From an uncultured Lachnospiraceae bacterium (GTDB taxonomy: Bacteria; Bacillota; Clostridia; Lachnospirales; Lachnospiraceae), in NCBI GenBank assembly GCA_902796005.1, contig CADBNF010000023.1, positions 7,731 to 71,730 of the forward strand: a stretch of DNA of 64,000 nt, in the 5' to 3' direction. Made by a program: the position numbers and the translations under genes. This document shows positions 35,952 to 46,013 of the stretch, one piece after another (position 1 is the first letter of the stretch; each line of letters opens with the position of its first letter). Below the pieces are notes generated by a model that had not been told where the DNA came from, did no database searches, and saw nothing but the letters and a program-made list of their open reading frames with translations.

Positions 35952-37760
35952 CTATGCTCTCAGGGAATAATTCCATTTGCTTAAAGTCAGGTTCGGGTTG
36001 TAGAAGGGGTCGCCCTTCTTTAAAAGGTCAATCCAGCGGGTCCGCATGAATTCTATCTCCGACTGGAACCGGCGCACCTTTTCCTCGGTGTCCTCGGCGC
36101 CCCGGGTTTTGGATTCGTAATGAATCAGCTCCACATAAGGATCATAGACGATATAATAGCCCTTTTCCCGGATGCGCAGGCACAGGTCCACGTCGTTGAA
36201 GGCCACGGCCAGCTGCTCCTCGAAGCCGCCGACACTGTCAAAGACCGCCTTTTTGACCATCATGCAGGCTGCGGTCACCGCGCTGTAATTCAGCTGGACG
36301 GCTGCCTTGTGCATGTAGCCGGTGTATTCCTTCTTCATGTTCAGGAAGGCGTGGCCGGCAATGCCGCCGATGCCGATGATGACGCCGGCGTGCTGGATGG
36401 TCCCGTCGGGATAGTACAGCCGGCAGCCCGTTACCGCAACCTCCGGCCGCTGGGTATTGCCCAGGAGCTGCTCCATCCAGTCCTTCGTGAGGATTTCCAC
36501 GTCATTGTTCAGGAAAAGCAGGTATTCGCCCCGGGCCTCCTTCGCCGCAAAGTTGTTGATGGCGGAGTAATTGAAGGGATGGTTCCAGGTCAGGAGCCGT
36601 ACCCTGGGGTTGTCCTTTAAGGTCTCGTAATAATCAAAAACCGCCGGATCCGTACTGTTGTTTTCCACAAGGATCACCTCGTAATTGTCATAGGAGGTGA
36701 GGGAAAACAGGGAGTCCAGGCAGCGCTTCAGCACCGCCGGATTGTCCTTTGTGGGGATAATGACGGAAACCATCGGGTGCCCCTGTACGGGATACAGTAC
36801 CTTATAGAAGCCGTAATCCGACGTCTGGCTGACCACGCCGGCGGTGCCGGTGCGGGCCAGGTGCTCCTCCACGGCCTTTACGCCGGAGGCATAGGCATAC
36901 AGCTTGCTGTCCGGGTTGTCGCTGGTGGAGGCTGCATGGGTGCGCCAGTGGTAAAGGATGCGCGGGATGTGGGCAATGCCTGCCGCCTTCTCCGTGCACC
37001 GGAACAGGAAATCATGGTCCTGGGCGCCTTCAAAGCCGGCGCGGAAGCCGCCCACCTCGCGGATGAGGGAGGTCTTTACCACCAGGAAATGACAGATATA
37101 GTTGTTGGACCGGAGAAGATCGGGGCTGAAATCCGGCTTCAGGGCCGGCTGGGTATGCTCCTTCCCCCTTTCGTCCACCTTGTCCTCGTCGGTGTAGATG
37201 ACCTCGGCTTTCGTTTCCGTAATGGTCTTTGCCACCTCAAAAAGGGCATCCGGAGAAAGAAAATCATCATGGTCCAGAAGCCCCACATAATCTCCGGAAG
37301 CCTGTTCCAGAGCGATATTCGTATTTTCGCCGATACCCCGGTTCTCCTGCACCTCCGTTACCTTGATCCTGCTGTCCTTCGCGGCATATTCCGCCAGGAT
37401 GGCGGACACCTCCCGGTTTTCCGGACTGGCATTGACGATGCACAGCTCGAAATGGGGATAGCTCTGGTTCAGCAGGGAATCCATCATTTCCCGGAGGTAC
37501 TGTCCGGGGGTATTCCACACGGGAACCGCCACGGAAATCAGGGGCGGGTTGACCCATTTCCGGGCAGCCTGGGCCTTCAGGGTTTCCTCCGAAGCCCGGT
37601 GTTTTTCATACCAGGGGCCGTAGGGAACCTCCTCCGGCTCGATACGCTCGGACAGCCGGATGAGGAATTCCTTAAACCCGTAGTGTTTCAGATATTTCAG
37701 GCCCTTTTTGATGGTGTAGGGTCTGAGCTTTTTCAACAGTCTTCCAATTCCGGACGCCAT
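35952..37760 (-). CDS. Bifunctional (two GT2 domains) glycosyltransferase, polymerising type suspected
   Basis: 602 aa. Two GT-A modules (ISVAVPVWNT...LLDHDD and VSVIIPTKDN...FLNNDVE). Confidence 0.8.
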   Translation of the reverse strand: MASGIGRLLKKLRPYTIKKGLKYLKHYGFKEFLIRLSERIEPEEVPYGPWYEKHRASEETLKAQAARKWVNPPLISVAVPVWNTPGQYLREMMDSLLNQSYPHFELCIVNASPENREVSAILAEYAAKDSRIKVTEVQENRGIGENTNIALEQASGDYVGLLDHDDFLSPDALFEVAKTITETKAEVIYTDEDKVDERGKEHTQPALKPDFSPDLLRSNNYICHFLVVKTSLIREVGGFRAGFEGAQDHDFLFRCTEKAAGIAHIPRILYHWRTHAASTSDNPDSKLYAYASGVKAVEEHLARTGTAGVVSQTSDYGFYKVLYPVQGHPMVSVIIPTKDNPAVLKRCLDSLFSLTSYDNYEVILVENNSTDPAVFDYYETLKDNPRVRLLTWNHPFNYSAINNFAAKEARGEYLLFLNNDVEILTKDWMEQLLGNTQRPEVAVTGCRLYYPDGTIQHAGVIIGIGGIAGHAFLNMKKEYTGYMHKAAVQLNYSAVTAACMMVKKAVFDSVGGFEEQLAVAFNDVDLCLRIREKGYYIVYDPYVELIHYESKTRGAEDTEEKVRRFQSEIEFMRTRWIDLLKKGDPFYNPNLTLSKWNYSLRA

Positions 37761-37789
37761 GTCAGCCTCTCCCGTATCCCTGCAGCCTG

Positions 37790-38926
37790 TCAGTCCGCAA
37801 AGCCGGGGAAGGCCTTGATGGTGCTGACCACGGTCTCACACTGTTCCAGGGTCAGGTCGTAGAACATGGGCAGGCGGACAAGCCGTTCACTTTCCTTCGT
37901 GGTGTACACGTCCTCTCCGCTGAAGCGGCCGAACTTAAGGCCGGCTTTGGCGGAATGCAGGGGAACGTAGTGGAATACCGCGCTGATGCCGTTATCCTTC
38001 AGGTAGCGGATAAAGGCTGTGCGGGTTTCCAGATCCTTCAGCTTGATGTAGAACATATGGGCATTGTGCTGCGCATAGTCCGGAATAAAGGGCAGCTCGA
38101 TATAACCGGCATCGGCCAGCTCCTTAAGATTCTCATTGTAATAATTCCAGGCGGCCATCCGGCGTCTGTCGATCTCTGCGCAGGCCTCCAGCTGGGCATA
38201 CAGGTAAGCCGCGTTCAGCTCGCTGGGCAGGTAGGAGGATCCGAAATCCACCCAGGTGTACTTGTCCACCTGACCCCGGAAGAATTTGCTCCGGTCCGTA
38301 CCCTTCTCTCTTAGGATTTCCGCCCTTTCCAGGTATTCATCCTTCTGGAAAAGCAGGGCGCCGCCCTCTCCCATGATATAGTTCTTGGTTTCATGGAAGC
38401 TGAAGCAGCCCAGGTCGCCGATGGTGCCCAGGGCTTTTCCCTTATAGTAGGCATTTACACCCTGGGCGGCGTCCTCCACCACCTTCAGGTTGTATTTGGC
38501 CGCAAGGGCAAGAATGGTATCCATCTCGCAGGCCACGCCGGCATAATGCACCGGGGCGATGACACGGGTTTTCTCCGTGATTGCCTGCTCGATAAGCTTT
38601 TCGTCAATGTTCATGGTATCCGGACGGATGTCCACGAAAACCACCTTCGCGCCGCGCAGGACAAAGGCGTCCGCGGTGGAAACGAAGGTATAGGAAGGCA
38701 TGATTACCTCTTCCCCCGGCTGGATATCGGAAAGATAGGCCGCCATCTCCAGGGCATGGGTGCAGGAGGTGGTGAGCAGGGAGTACTTCGTCCCCAGCTT
38801 GTCCGCCATCCACTGCGAACACTTCTTCGTAAACATGCCGTCGCCGCAGAGCTTTCCGTTCTCCACAGCCTGTCTGATATATTCCAATTCCTTTCCCACG
38901 CAGGCGGGTCTGTTGAAATCAATCAT
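37790..38926 (-). CDS. dTDP-4-keto-6-deoxyhexose aminotransferase (WecE/RffA, DegT/DnrJ/EryC1 family)
   Basis: 378 aa. MIDFNRPACVGKELEYI, and PLP-lysine context FSFHETKN as in WecE-type enzymes. Confidence 0.85.
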   Translation of the reverse strand: MIDFNRPACVGKELEYIRQAVENGKLCGDGMFTKKCSQWMADKLGTKYSLLTTSCTHALEMAAYLSDIQPGEEVIMPSYTFVSTADAFVLRGAKVVFVDIRPDTMNIDEKLIEQAITEKTRVIAPVHYAGVACEMDTILALAAKYNLKVVEDAAQGVNAYYKGKALGTIGDLGCFSFHETKNYIMGEGGALLFQKDEYLERAEILREKGTDRSKFFRGQVDKYTWVDFGSSYLPSELNAAYLYAQLEACAEIDRRRMAAWNYYNENLKELADAGYIELPFIPDYAQHNAHMFYIKLKDLETRTAFIRYLKDNGISAVFHYVPLHSAKAGLKFGRFSGEDVYTTKESERLVRLPMFYDLTLEQCETVVSTIKAFPGFAD

Positions 38927-39049
38927 TTTATACTCCTTTAAAAAACCGATGTATTATCTGTCGGACTCTGCCGGTCCCGGCCCCTTGTCCGGGTCCTGCA
39001 ATTGTATAATTGTCTCACAATCCATCGGCAAATGCAAGGAAAACCGCAT

Positions 39050-39679
39050 TTATTCCCCGGATTCTTCCCTGTTTTCCGGGTCCTTCCCGCAAAGGAAGGC
39101 AATCCGGGCATCCACCTTCAGGCGGGTTTCCTCCCGGGTTCCCGTATTGTCCAGAAGAAATTCGCAGGCCTCCTTAAACGCCTCTTCGGAAAGCTGGCTT
39201 TCCATCACCGATTCGATTTTTTCCCGGGTAATGGGCCGGGAAGCCAGAAGGCGGCGGATTCTCTCCTCTTTTTCCACGTAGACATACCAGTATTCGGTAC
39301 AGAGATCCCGGTAGCCCGCGCCTACCAGAATGGCGGATTCGATAACGGCCACCTTCCGGCCCTCTTCCGCCGCTTTTTTCAGCAGGTCCTCGATCTCCAG
39401 CCGGACCGCAGGATGGATAATCCGGTTAAGCGCCTCCAGAAGGGCAGGCTCCTTAAAGGCCCGATCCCCGATCTTCGCCCGGTTGCGGGTACCGTCCTCA
39501 TTGTAGTATTCCTTCCCGAGGAGGGCTTTCACCTCTTCGTAAACTCTTCCGCCGGGCTCACAGATGGCATTGGCCACGTCGTCCGCAATCATCAGCGCCG
39601 CATTGTATTTTTCCGCCAGATACCGGGATACGCTGCTTTTGCCGCAGCCGATGCCTCCCGTCATGCCGATAACAATCAT
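39050..39679 (-). CDS. coaE: Dephospho-CoA kinase
   Basis: 209 aa. P-loop IGMTGGIGCGKSS. Located after polA, as is common. Confidence 0.9.
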   Translation of the reverse strand: MIVIGMTGGIGCGKSSVSRYLAEKYNAALMIADDVANAICEPGGRVYEEVKALLGKEYYNEDGTRNRAKIGDRAFKEPALLEALNRIIHPAVRLEIEDLLKKAAEEGRKVAVIESAILVGAGYRDLCTEYWYVYVEKEERIRRLLASRPITREKIESVMESQLSEEAFKEACEFLLDNTGTREETRLKVDARIAFLCGKDPENREESGE

Positions 39680-39695
39680 TTTTCTCCTCCCGCCT

Positions 39696-42323
39696 TTAAT
39701 GGGCTTCGTACCAGTTGCTGCCGGTGAGCACCTCCACCTCCATGGGCACGGACAGGTCCGCGGCAGCCTCCATTTCTTCCTTCAGAAGCTTCGAAGCGGC
39801 TTCCGCCTCCTCCTTGGGCGCCTCCAGAAGCAGTTCGTCATGCACCTGCAGAAGCAGCCGGGCCTTCAGGTTTTCTTCTTTAAGCCGCCGGTTTACCCTC
39901 AGCATGGCGATTTTGATAATATCCGCGGCGGTTCCCTGGATGGGGGAATTCATGGCCACCCGTTCGCCGAAGGACCGCTGCATGAAATTGGACGAGGAAA
40001 GCTCCGGCACCGGCCGGATCCGTCCGTAAACGGTGGTGGTATAGCCTTCCTTTTTCGCCCTGGCCACCGTATCGTCCAGATATTTTTTAATGTCCGGATA
40101 GGTCAGGAAATACTGTTTGATGTACTCCGCCGCCTCTTTTCTGGTGATGGACAGGCCCTGGCTTAAGCCGAAGGAGCTGATGCCGTAGATAATGCCGAAA
40201 TTCACGGCCTTGGCATTTCTCCGAAGCTGGGGCGTTACCTCCTCCAGGGGCACGCCGAAGACCTGGGAGGCCGTAATGGCGTGGATATCCCTGGCCTGCC
40301 GGTAGGCCTCTATCAGCTTGCTGTCCCCGGAAAGGGCCGCCATGACCCGCAGCTCGATCTGGGAATAGTCCGCGTCGATGAAGACGCAGCCGGGCCGGGG
40401 CACAAACACCTTGCGGATCTGCTTGCCCAGCTCGTCCCGCACCGGGATGTTCTGCAGGTTCGGGTCGGTGCTGGACAGCCTGCCGGTGGCGGTCACCGTC
40501 TGCTGGAAATGGGTATGGATGCGTCCCTCCTCGTCCGCATAGCCCGCCAGGGCATCCGTATAGGTGGATTTCAGCTTGGCATACTGGCGGTACCGCAGGA
40601 TATGGTCGGCAATCGGCGCATATTCCGCCAGCTTTTCCAGAATATCCGCGGCGGTGGAATAGCCGGTTTTGGTCTTTTTCCCGCCGGGAAGGCCCAGCTT
40701 CTCGAAAAGAATCGTCCCCAGCTGCTTCGGGGACTGGATATTGAATTCCTCCCCCGCCAGGTCATAGATGGTCTTCTCCTCCTCCGCCAGGGAAGCCTGC
40801 AGGGTTTCGGAAAGCCGGGTAAGCTCCTCTTTTCGGATGAGGATGCCCGCCGTCTCCATCTCACTTAAGACGTAGGCCAGGGGCATTTCCACCTCCGAAA
40901 ACAGCCGGTCCATGCCCTTTTCCTTCAGAAGGCCGGGCAGCTTATCCAGGGCCAGCAGGCCGGTATAGGCGGTGTAGGCTGCCGCTTTGGCGGCCTTTTC
41001 CATTTCAGGCACCGTGCCGGGCTTTACCTTTCCTCCGAAAATCTCCTCCTCAGAGGGCAGCACCGTATCCAGGTACGCGGAGGCAATATAATCGTAGCCG
41101 TAGCCGCTGCGCAGCGGATCCAGCAGGTAGGCAGCCAGGACGGCGTCGGTAATCCTTCCTTCGTCGGCAATCTGCAGGACATTCTCCTGCTCCTTAAAGC
41201 GGAGGGTTCCGCAGGCAGGAACGGCGGCAAGCACCCGGCGAAGGCCGGCAGCAAGCGTATCCGCCTCCTCTTTATCCCCGCAGGGCAGGTACAAAAGCTT
41301 TTCGCCAAAGCCCAGGGCCAGGCCGGCAATACCCGCAGGCATATAAAGGAAAAAGCCGAGCTTTTCCGCCTTTTCCGCCTCCTCGAAAATACCGTTCCAG
41401 AGGGCCGGATCCGCAACAATCTCCGGCTCCGGCAGGGCCTTGACGGGCTTGTCCCCCTCGTCAAAACGGGCCAAAAGGTTTTTGAATTCCAGCCGCACAA
41501 AGAGATCATAGGCTTCCGGCGTGAAAAGCTTTCCTATCTTCATGTCGGAAAAGGGAATGTCCAGGGGCGCTTCCGTATTGATCCGGGCAAGGGTGCGGGA
41601 AAGCAGGGCCAGATCATAATGCTCCGCCATGGCCTCCCTCGCCTTCTTCGGCTTGATTTCCTCCAGATGAGCCCTGGCATTTTCCAGGGTGCCGTAGGCG
41701 GTGAGGATGGCGGTTGCCGTTTTCTCTCCAACCCCCGGCAGGCCGGGAATATTGTCGGAGGAATCCCCCATCAGGGCCTTCAGGTCCACGATCTGGTCCG
41801 GATTCAGCCCGTAGGTGCTCCGGACGGTCTCCGGAGTAAAGATGTCCACCGTGGTCCTTCCCTGCCTGGTCCTGGGCAGGCGCACGGTAATATTATCCGT
41901 TACGAGCTGGAGCAAATCCCTGTCTCCGGAAAGAATGACCGCCTCCATGCCTGCCTTTTCCGCGGCAGCCGCGGCAGTGCCCAGCATATCGTCCGCCTCA
42001 TAGCCTTCCTTTGAAAGAGAGACGATGCCCATGGCCGAAAGCACCTGCTTCATCAGGGGCACCTGGCTCCGTAATTCCTCGGGCATGGGCTTTCTGGTGC
42101 CCTTGTAGGCATCAAAGAGCTTATGCCGGAAGGTGGGCGCGGACAGATCGAAGGCCACGGCCATATAATCCGGCGCCACGTCCTCCATCACCTTGAACAG
42201 GATGGTCAGGAAGCCGTAGACCGCATTGGTATGCTCCCCTGCGGCATTGGTCAGGTCCGGCAGGCCGTAAAAGGTACGGTTTAAAATACTGTGCCCGTCG
42301 ATAAGCAGGATTTTCTCTTTCAT
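39696..42323 (-). CDS. polA: DNA polymerase I
   Basis: 875 aa. 5'-nuclease N-terminus (LLIDGHSILNRTFY), and polymerase motifs A (DYSQIELRV) and B (RRNAKAVNFGIIYG). Confidence 0.95.
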   Translation of the reverse strand: MKEKILLIDGHSILNRTFYGLPDLTNAAGEHTNAVYGFLTILFKVMEDVAPDYMAVAFDLSAPTFRHKLFDAYKGTRKPMPEELRSQVPLMKQVLSAMGIVSLSKEGYEADDMLGTAAAAAEKAGMEAVILSGDRDLLQLVTDNITVRLPRTRQGRTTVDIFTPETVRSTYGLNPDQIVDLKALMGDSSDNIPGLPGVGEKTATAILTAYGTLENARAHLEEIKPKKAREAMAEHYDLALLSRTLARINTEAPLDIPFSDMKIGKLFTPEAYDLFVRLEFKNLLARFDEGDKPVKALPEPEIVADPALWNGIFEEAEKAEKLGFFLYMPAGIAGLALGFGEKLLYLPCGDKEEADTLAAGLRRVLAAVPACGTLRFKEQENVLQIADEGRITDAVLAAYLLDPLRSGYGYDYIASAYLDTVLPSEEEIFGGKVKPGTVPEMEKAAKAAAYTAYTGLLALDKLPGLLKEKGMDRLFSEVEMPLAYVLSEMETAGILIRKEELTRLSETLQASLAEEEKTIYDLAGEEFNIQSPKQLGTILFEKLGLPGGKKTKTGYSTAADILEKLAEYAPIADHILRYRQYAKLKSTYTDALAGYADEEGRIHTHFQQTVTATGRLSSTDPNLQNIPVRDELGKQIRKVFVPRPGCVFIDADYSQIELRVMAALSGDSKLIEAYRQARDIHAITASQVFGVPLEEVTPQLRRNAKAVNFGIIYGISSFGLSQGLSITRKEAAEYIKQYFLTYPDIKKYLDDTVARAKKEGYTTTVYGRIRPVPELSSSNFMQRSFGERVAMNSPIQGTAADIIKIAMLRVNRRLKEENLKARLLLQVHDELLLEAPKEEAEAASKLLKEEMEAAADLSVPMEVEVLTGSNWYEAH

Positions 42324-44164
42324 TCCTCTTCTCCTTCACCGGCCCGGATAAGGGGCCGCAAAAACGATGATATCTTCTGTTCCCGTTCAAAACGGGTCTT
42401 CACGGCGGACAGGTACAGAAGGCTTTTCGCCCGGGTCATCCCTACGTAAAGCATTCTTCTTTCCTCCTCCAGATCCTCCGCCAGGGCCGCTTTCCGGAAG
42501 GGAATATTTCCCTCGTTGAGGTCCGGGATGAAGACGGCCTCGTACTCCGTGCCCTTTGCGGCATGCAGGGTCAGGATGCGCACACCTTCCTTTTTTTCGT
42601 TCCTGTCCCGCAGGGAATCCTTCAATTCCTGCCTGAAGGCCCGGATATGCTCTTCCCAGGCTGCAACGGAGGGAAAGGCGGCGGCATTTTCCTCCAGCTC
42701 GTCCGCCACGGACAGCAGGTCTTCCTTCGCCACGTTGTGCTCTGCGGCATAGGCCAGGATGTATTCGTCATAGCCCACGCCCCGGCGGATATAATGGACG
42801 GCCGCATAGGGGGACAGGGTATGTATGGTCCGCAGGTCCTCCTGCAGCTTTTCCAGTCTTTCCCACATCCAGCGCCGGTCTTCGTAATAAATATACAGGT
42901 CCTCCAGGTTCACCCGGCTTTTCCCGAAGGCCTCCCGGGAAATATACCGGTTGGGCCGGTTGATGACGGTCAGGTACTCCTCCCGCCTGTCGGACCCCGC
43001 TGCCAGGTGCAGGTAGGCCAGCATATCCCTGGCTATCCAGTGATCGTAGATGCAGGGCAGCTTTTCCTGGCAGTAAAAGGGCACCCGGTCAGACAAAAGC
43101 TGGGCCGCGATGGTGCCCGCGGAGGCATTGGTCCGCACCAGCACCGCCATCTCCTCATAGGGAAGGCCCCTGCCGTGCAGCTTCCTTACGGTACCGGAAA
43201 TCTCCGTCGTCTCCTTATGCACGTCCTCATAGACGGTCAGGCGGACCGGCGCGCCGGGCTTCTTCACCGCCTTCAGGTTCTTTGGATACCGCTTTTTGTT
43301 GGCGGCTATCACCTTCAGGGAGGCGGAAAGGATTTCCGGCGTGCTGCGGTAATTCAGGTTCAGCAGCACCGTCGAGGCTGCCGGATACAGCTTCGGGAAG
43401 GAAAGCATCAGCTCCGGAGAAGCGCTCCGGAAGCGGTAGATGGACTGGTCGTCGTCCCCCACGATAAAAAGATTGTTCTCCGGTCTGGCCAGCATGCGGA
43501 CAATCTCGTACTGCACGGGATTGATGTCCTGGAATTCATCGATCAGGATATATTTGAACTTATTCTGCCATTTTTCCAGGATATCCGGCCGCTTTGTAAA
43601 CAATTCAAAAGTCCGAAGCACCAGATCGTCAAAATCCAGTCTCCGGTTTTCATTCATCCAGCGGACGTATTCCCGGTAAATCCTGCGGAAGGCCTCCGCG
43701 GGGATGGTCCCGGAATAATAGGAATCTATGGGAATGCGGTTGTTTTTCACCAGGCTGATTTCCTGCGCGGTCTGGGACGGAAGGTCCTGATCCCCGGAAT
43801 AGTCCCGGTAGGTGCCCGCAAGGATTTCCCTGCAGAGCTTCAGCTTTTCCTCCTCACCGATAACGGCCGCTCCGGAGAAATTATAGCTTTTGCGCAGAAT
43901 GCCGTAGAAGACACCGTGAAAGGTGCCGAAGGTGACAGAGGTGTATTCTTCCCCGGCAAGGGCCAGATAGCGGCTCTTCATCTCCGCTGCCGCCGCCCTG
44001 GTAAAGGTCACCACAAGGATGTTTTCGGCGGGAACGCCCTGGGCGGTCAGCTGTCTTACCCGTTCGGTAATGACCGCGGTTTTGCCGGAGCCGGGCCCAG
44101 CCAGCACCAGCATGGGCCCGGTTTTAAAGGCAATTGCCTTTTGCTGTGAAGCATTATACTGCAT
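42320..44164 (-). CDS. UvrD/Rep/PcrA-family ATP-dependent DNA helicase (short form, ~614 aa)
   Basis: ORF 42320..44296. The first 44 codons overlap gltX and look spurious. The ATG at 44164 gives MQYNASQQKAIAFKTGPMLVLAGPGSGKT (motifs Q/I). Also DEFQD and a 4-nt overlap with polA. Confidence 0.85.
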   Translation of the reverse strand: MQYNASQQKAIAFKTGPMLVLAGPGSGKTAVITERVRQLTAQGVPAENILVVTFTRAAAAEMKSRYLALAGEEYTSVTFGTFHGVFYGILRKSYNFSGAAVIGEEEKLKLCREILAGTYRDYSGDQDLPSQTAQEISLVKNNRIPIDSYYSGTIPAEAFRRIYREYVRWMNENRRLDFDDLVLRTFELFTKRPDILEKWQNKFKYILIDEFQDINPVQYEIVRMLARPENNLFIVGDDDQSIYRFRSASPELMLSFPKLYPAASTVLLNLNYRSTPEILSASLKVIAANKKRYPKNLKAVKKPGAPVRLTVYEDVHKETTEISGTVRKLHGRGLPYEEMAVLVRTNASAGTIAAQLLSDRVPFYCQEKLPCIYDHWIARDMLAYLHLAAGSDRREEYLTVINRPNRYISREAFGKSRVNLEDLYIYYEDRRWMWERLEKLQEDLRTIHTLSPYAAVHYIRRGVGYDEYILAYAAEHNVAKEDLLSVADELEENAAAFPSVAAWEEHIRAFRQELKDSLRDRNEKKEGVRILTLHAAKGTEYEAVFIPDLNEGNIPFRKAALAEDLEEERRMLYVGMTRAKSLLYLSAVKTRFEREQKISSFLRPLIRAGEGEEE

Positions 44165-44166
44165 GA

Positions 44167-45618
44167 TTACGCCTGAAGCTTTTCGATGCCGAGGGCGATA
44201 CGCCGGATGCTCTCTTCCTTTCCGAGGACAGCCATGAGCTCCGTGGCGCCGCCGGGAGTCGTCTCCCTGCCCGATACCGCGCAGCGGATGGGCCACATCA
44301 CCTTGTTTACCTTGTACTCCTTACCGGAAGCATAGCCGGAAAGAAGGGCAAAAAGCGCATCATTGGAGAAATCCTCCTGCTTTTCCAGAAGGGGAAGCAC
44401 CTCGGTGAGAACCTCCAGGGCGCTCTCCTTTGTGGATTTGGATTTCTTGTGCACGTACATTTCCGTATCATAATCCGGCAGCTCGGCAAAAAAGCTCACC
44501 ATGTCGGTGATTTCCGGGAAAACGGAAATCCTGGTTTTCACCATTTTCGCCACGGCCTTTGCATCCATATCCGGGCCCAGGGCCTTTTCCAGATAGGGCT
44601 TTGCCCGCTCAAAGAAGGCATCCTCGTCCATGGCCTTCAGGTATTCGCCGTTCATCCAGCGCAGCTTGGTCATATCAAAGACCGAAGGGGATTTGTTGAT
44701 CCGGTGGTAGTCAAAGACCTCCACCAGCTCGGGAAGGGAAAAGATCTCCCGGTCTCCCTCCGGGCTCCAGCCCAGGAGCGCTACGAAATTGACAATGGCA
44801 TCCTTGACAAAGCCCTGCTCCACCAGGTCTTCGTAGGAGGAGTGGCCGCTTCGCTTGCTCAGCTTGGCGCCCTCTTCGTTGGTGATCAGGGGGCAGTGGA
44901 TGTATTTGGGAATCTCCCAGCCGAAGCATTTGTACAGATAATTGTATTTCGGGGTGGAGGAAAGGTATTCGTTGCCGCGCACCACATGGGTAATGCCCAT
45001 CAGGTGGTCATCCACCACGTTGGCGAAATTGTAGGTGGGATAGCCGTCGGACTTGATGAGGATCATATCCTCCAGCTCCGCGTTCTCCACTTCGATCCTG
45101 CCGTAGATTTCATCATCAAAATAAGTAGTGCCCTCCACCGGCATGTTCACCCGGATAACATAGGGCTTGCCTGCTGCCAGATTGGCTTCAATCTCCTCTT
45201 TGGACAGGGAGAGGCAGTGCTTGTCATACATGGCGATATCCTTGCCGCCCACGGTCCTGTGCAGGCCCTCCAGCCTTTCCTTGTCGCAGAAACAGTAATA
45301 GGCGTCGCCCTGGTCGATCAGCTGCTTTGCGTACTTCATGTAAATGCCCGCCGCATTGCGCTCGCTCTGGACGTAGGGGCCGCAGCCCATATCCTTGTCC
45401 GGTCCTTCATCGTGCACCAGGCCGGTCTCCGCCAGCGTCCGGTAGATGATGTCCACCGCGCCTTCCATATACCGCTCCTGGTCCGTATCTTCAATTCTCA
45501 GCATAAAGCTGCCGCCCTCATGCTTGGCAATGAGGTAGGCATACAGAGCCGTTCTCAGGTTTCCTACATGCATCCGGCCCGTGGGGCTCGGCGCAAATCT
45601 GGTTTTTACCGCTGTCAT
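44167..45618 (-). CDS. gltX: Glutamate--tRNA ligase
   Basis: 483 aa. [18 protein letters not shown] (HIGH-type) and KLSKR (KMSKS-type) motifs. Confidence 0.95.
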   Translation of the reverse strand: MTAVKTRFAPSPTGRMHVGNLRTALYAYLIAKHEGGSFMLRIEDTDQERYMEGAVDIIYRTLAETGLVHDEGPDKDMGCGPYVQSERNAAGIYMKYAKQLIDQGDAYYCFCDKERLEGLHRTVGGKDIAMYDKHCLSLSKEEIEANLAAGKPYVIRVNMPVEGTTYFDDEIYGRIEVENAELEDMILIKSDGYPTYNFANVVDDHLMGITHVVRGNEYLSSTPKYNYLYKCFGWEIPKYIHCPLITNEEGAKLSKRSGHSSYEDLVEQGFVKDAIVNFVALLGWSPEGDREIFSLPELVEVFDYHRINKSPSVFDMTKLRWMNGEYLKAMDEDAFFERAKPYLEKALGPDMDAKAVAKMVKTRISVFPEITDMVSFFAELPDYDTEMYVHKKSKSTKESALEVLTEVLPLLEKQEDFSNDALFALLSGYASGKEYKVNKVMWPIRCAVSGRETTPGGATELMAVLGKEESIRRIALGIEKLQA

Positions 45619-45643
45619 ACTCTTCTCCGTTTCTAAACTATCT

Positions 45644-45674
45644 AAAAGGCGTGGATTAGATTTCCACGCCTTTT
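45644..45674 (-). terminator. Terminator-like hairpin at the end of acpP
   Basis: GGCGTGGA / TCCACGCC 8-bp stem (45648..45655 / 45663..45670). The loop contains the acpP stop codon. Followed on the minus strand by TTTT. Confidence 0.6.
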
Positions 45675-45889
45675 GTCTTCAGATAATCAATTACGTCTCC
45701 CACTGTATCTATATCTGTCAGTTCCTCGGCAGGAATTTCCAGGGAATACTCTTCTTCAAGCGCCATGACCAGTTCAAACAGATCCAGTGAGTTAGCGCCC
45801 AGATCGTCCTTGAAATTCGTATCCTCGGTAATGGATTCTTCGTCACAGTTGAACTGTTCCGCAAGAACCTGTCTGATTTTTTCCAACAT
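45656..45889 (-). CDS. acpP: Acyl carrier protein
   Basis: The track ORF starts at a GTG (45904). I prefer the ATG at 45889 ([13 protein letters not shown]), 8 nt after GGAGG. Phosphopantetheine site [18 protein letters not shown]. Confidence 0.85.
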   Translation of the reverse strand: MLEKIRQVLAEQFNCDEESITEDTNFKDDLGANSLDLFELVMALEEEYSLEIPAEELTDIDTVGDVIDYLKTKGVEI

Positions 45890-45981
45890 ACAGTATGCCT
45901 CCACTTATTTCTTTCGAAAAGTTCAAATTCAGATGGATGCCGCCCGGCAGACAAATACTGCGGCGGCTTTCAAACAAGGCA

Positions 45982-46010
45982 AGTGTAAAGGGTCATTTCC
46001 CATTTGTCAA
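45982..46010 (-). promoter_or_regulatory. Putative SigA promoter for acpP
   Basis: Minus strand: TTGACA (46005..46010), 17-nt spacer, TACACT (45982..45987). It begins 3 nt after the upstream stop codon. Confidence 0.5.
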
Positions 46011-46013
46011 CAC

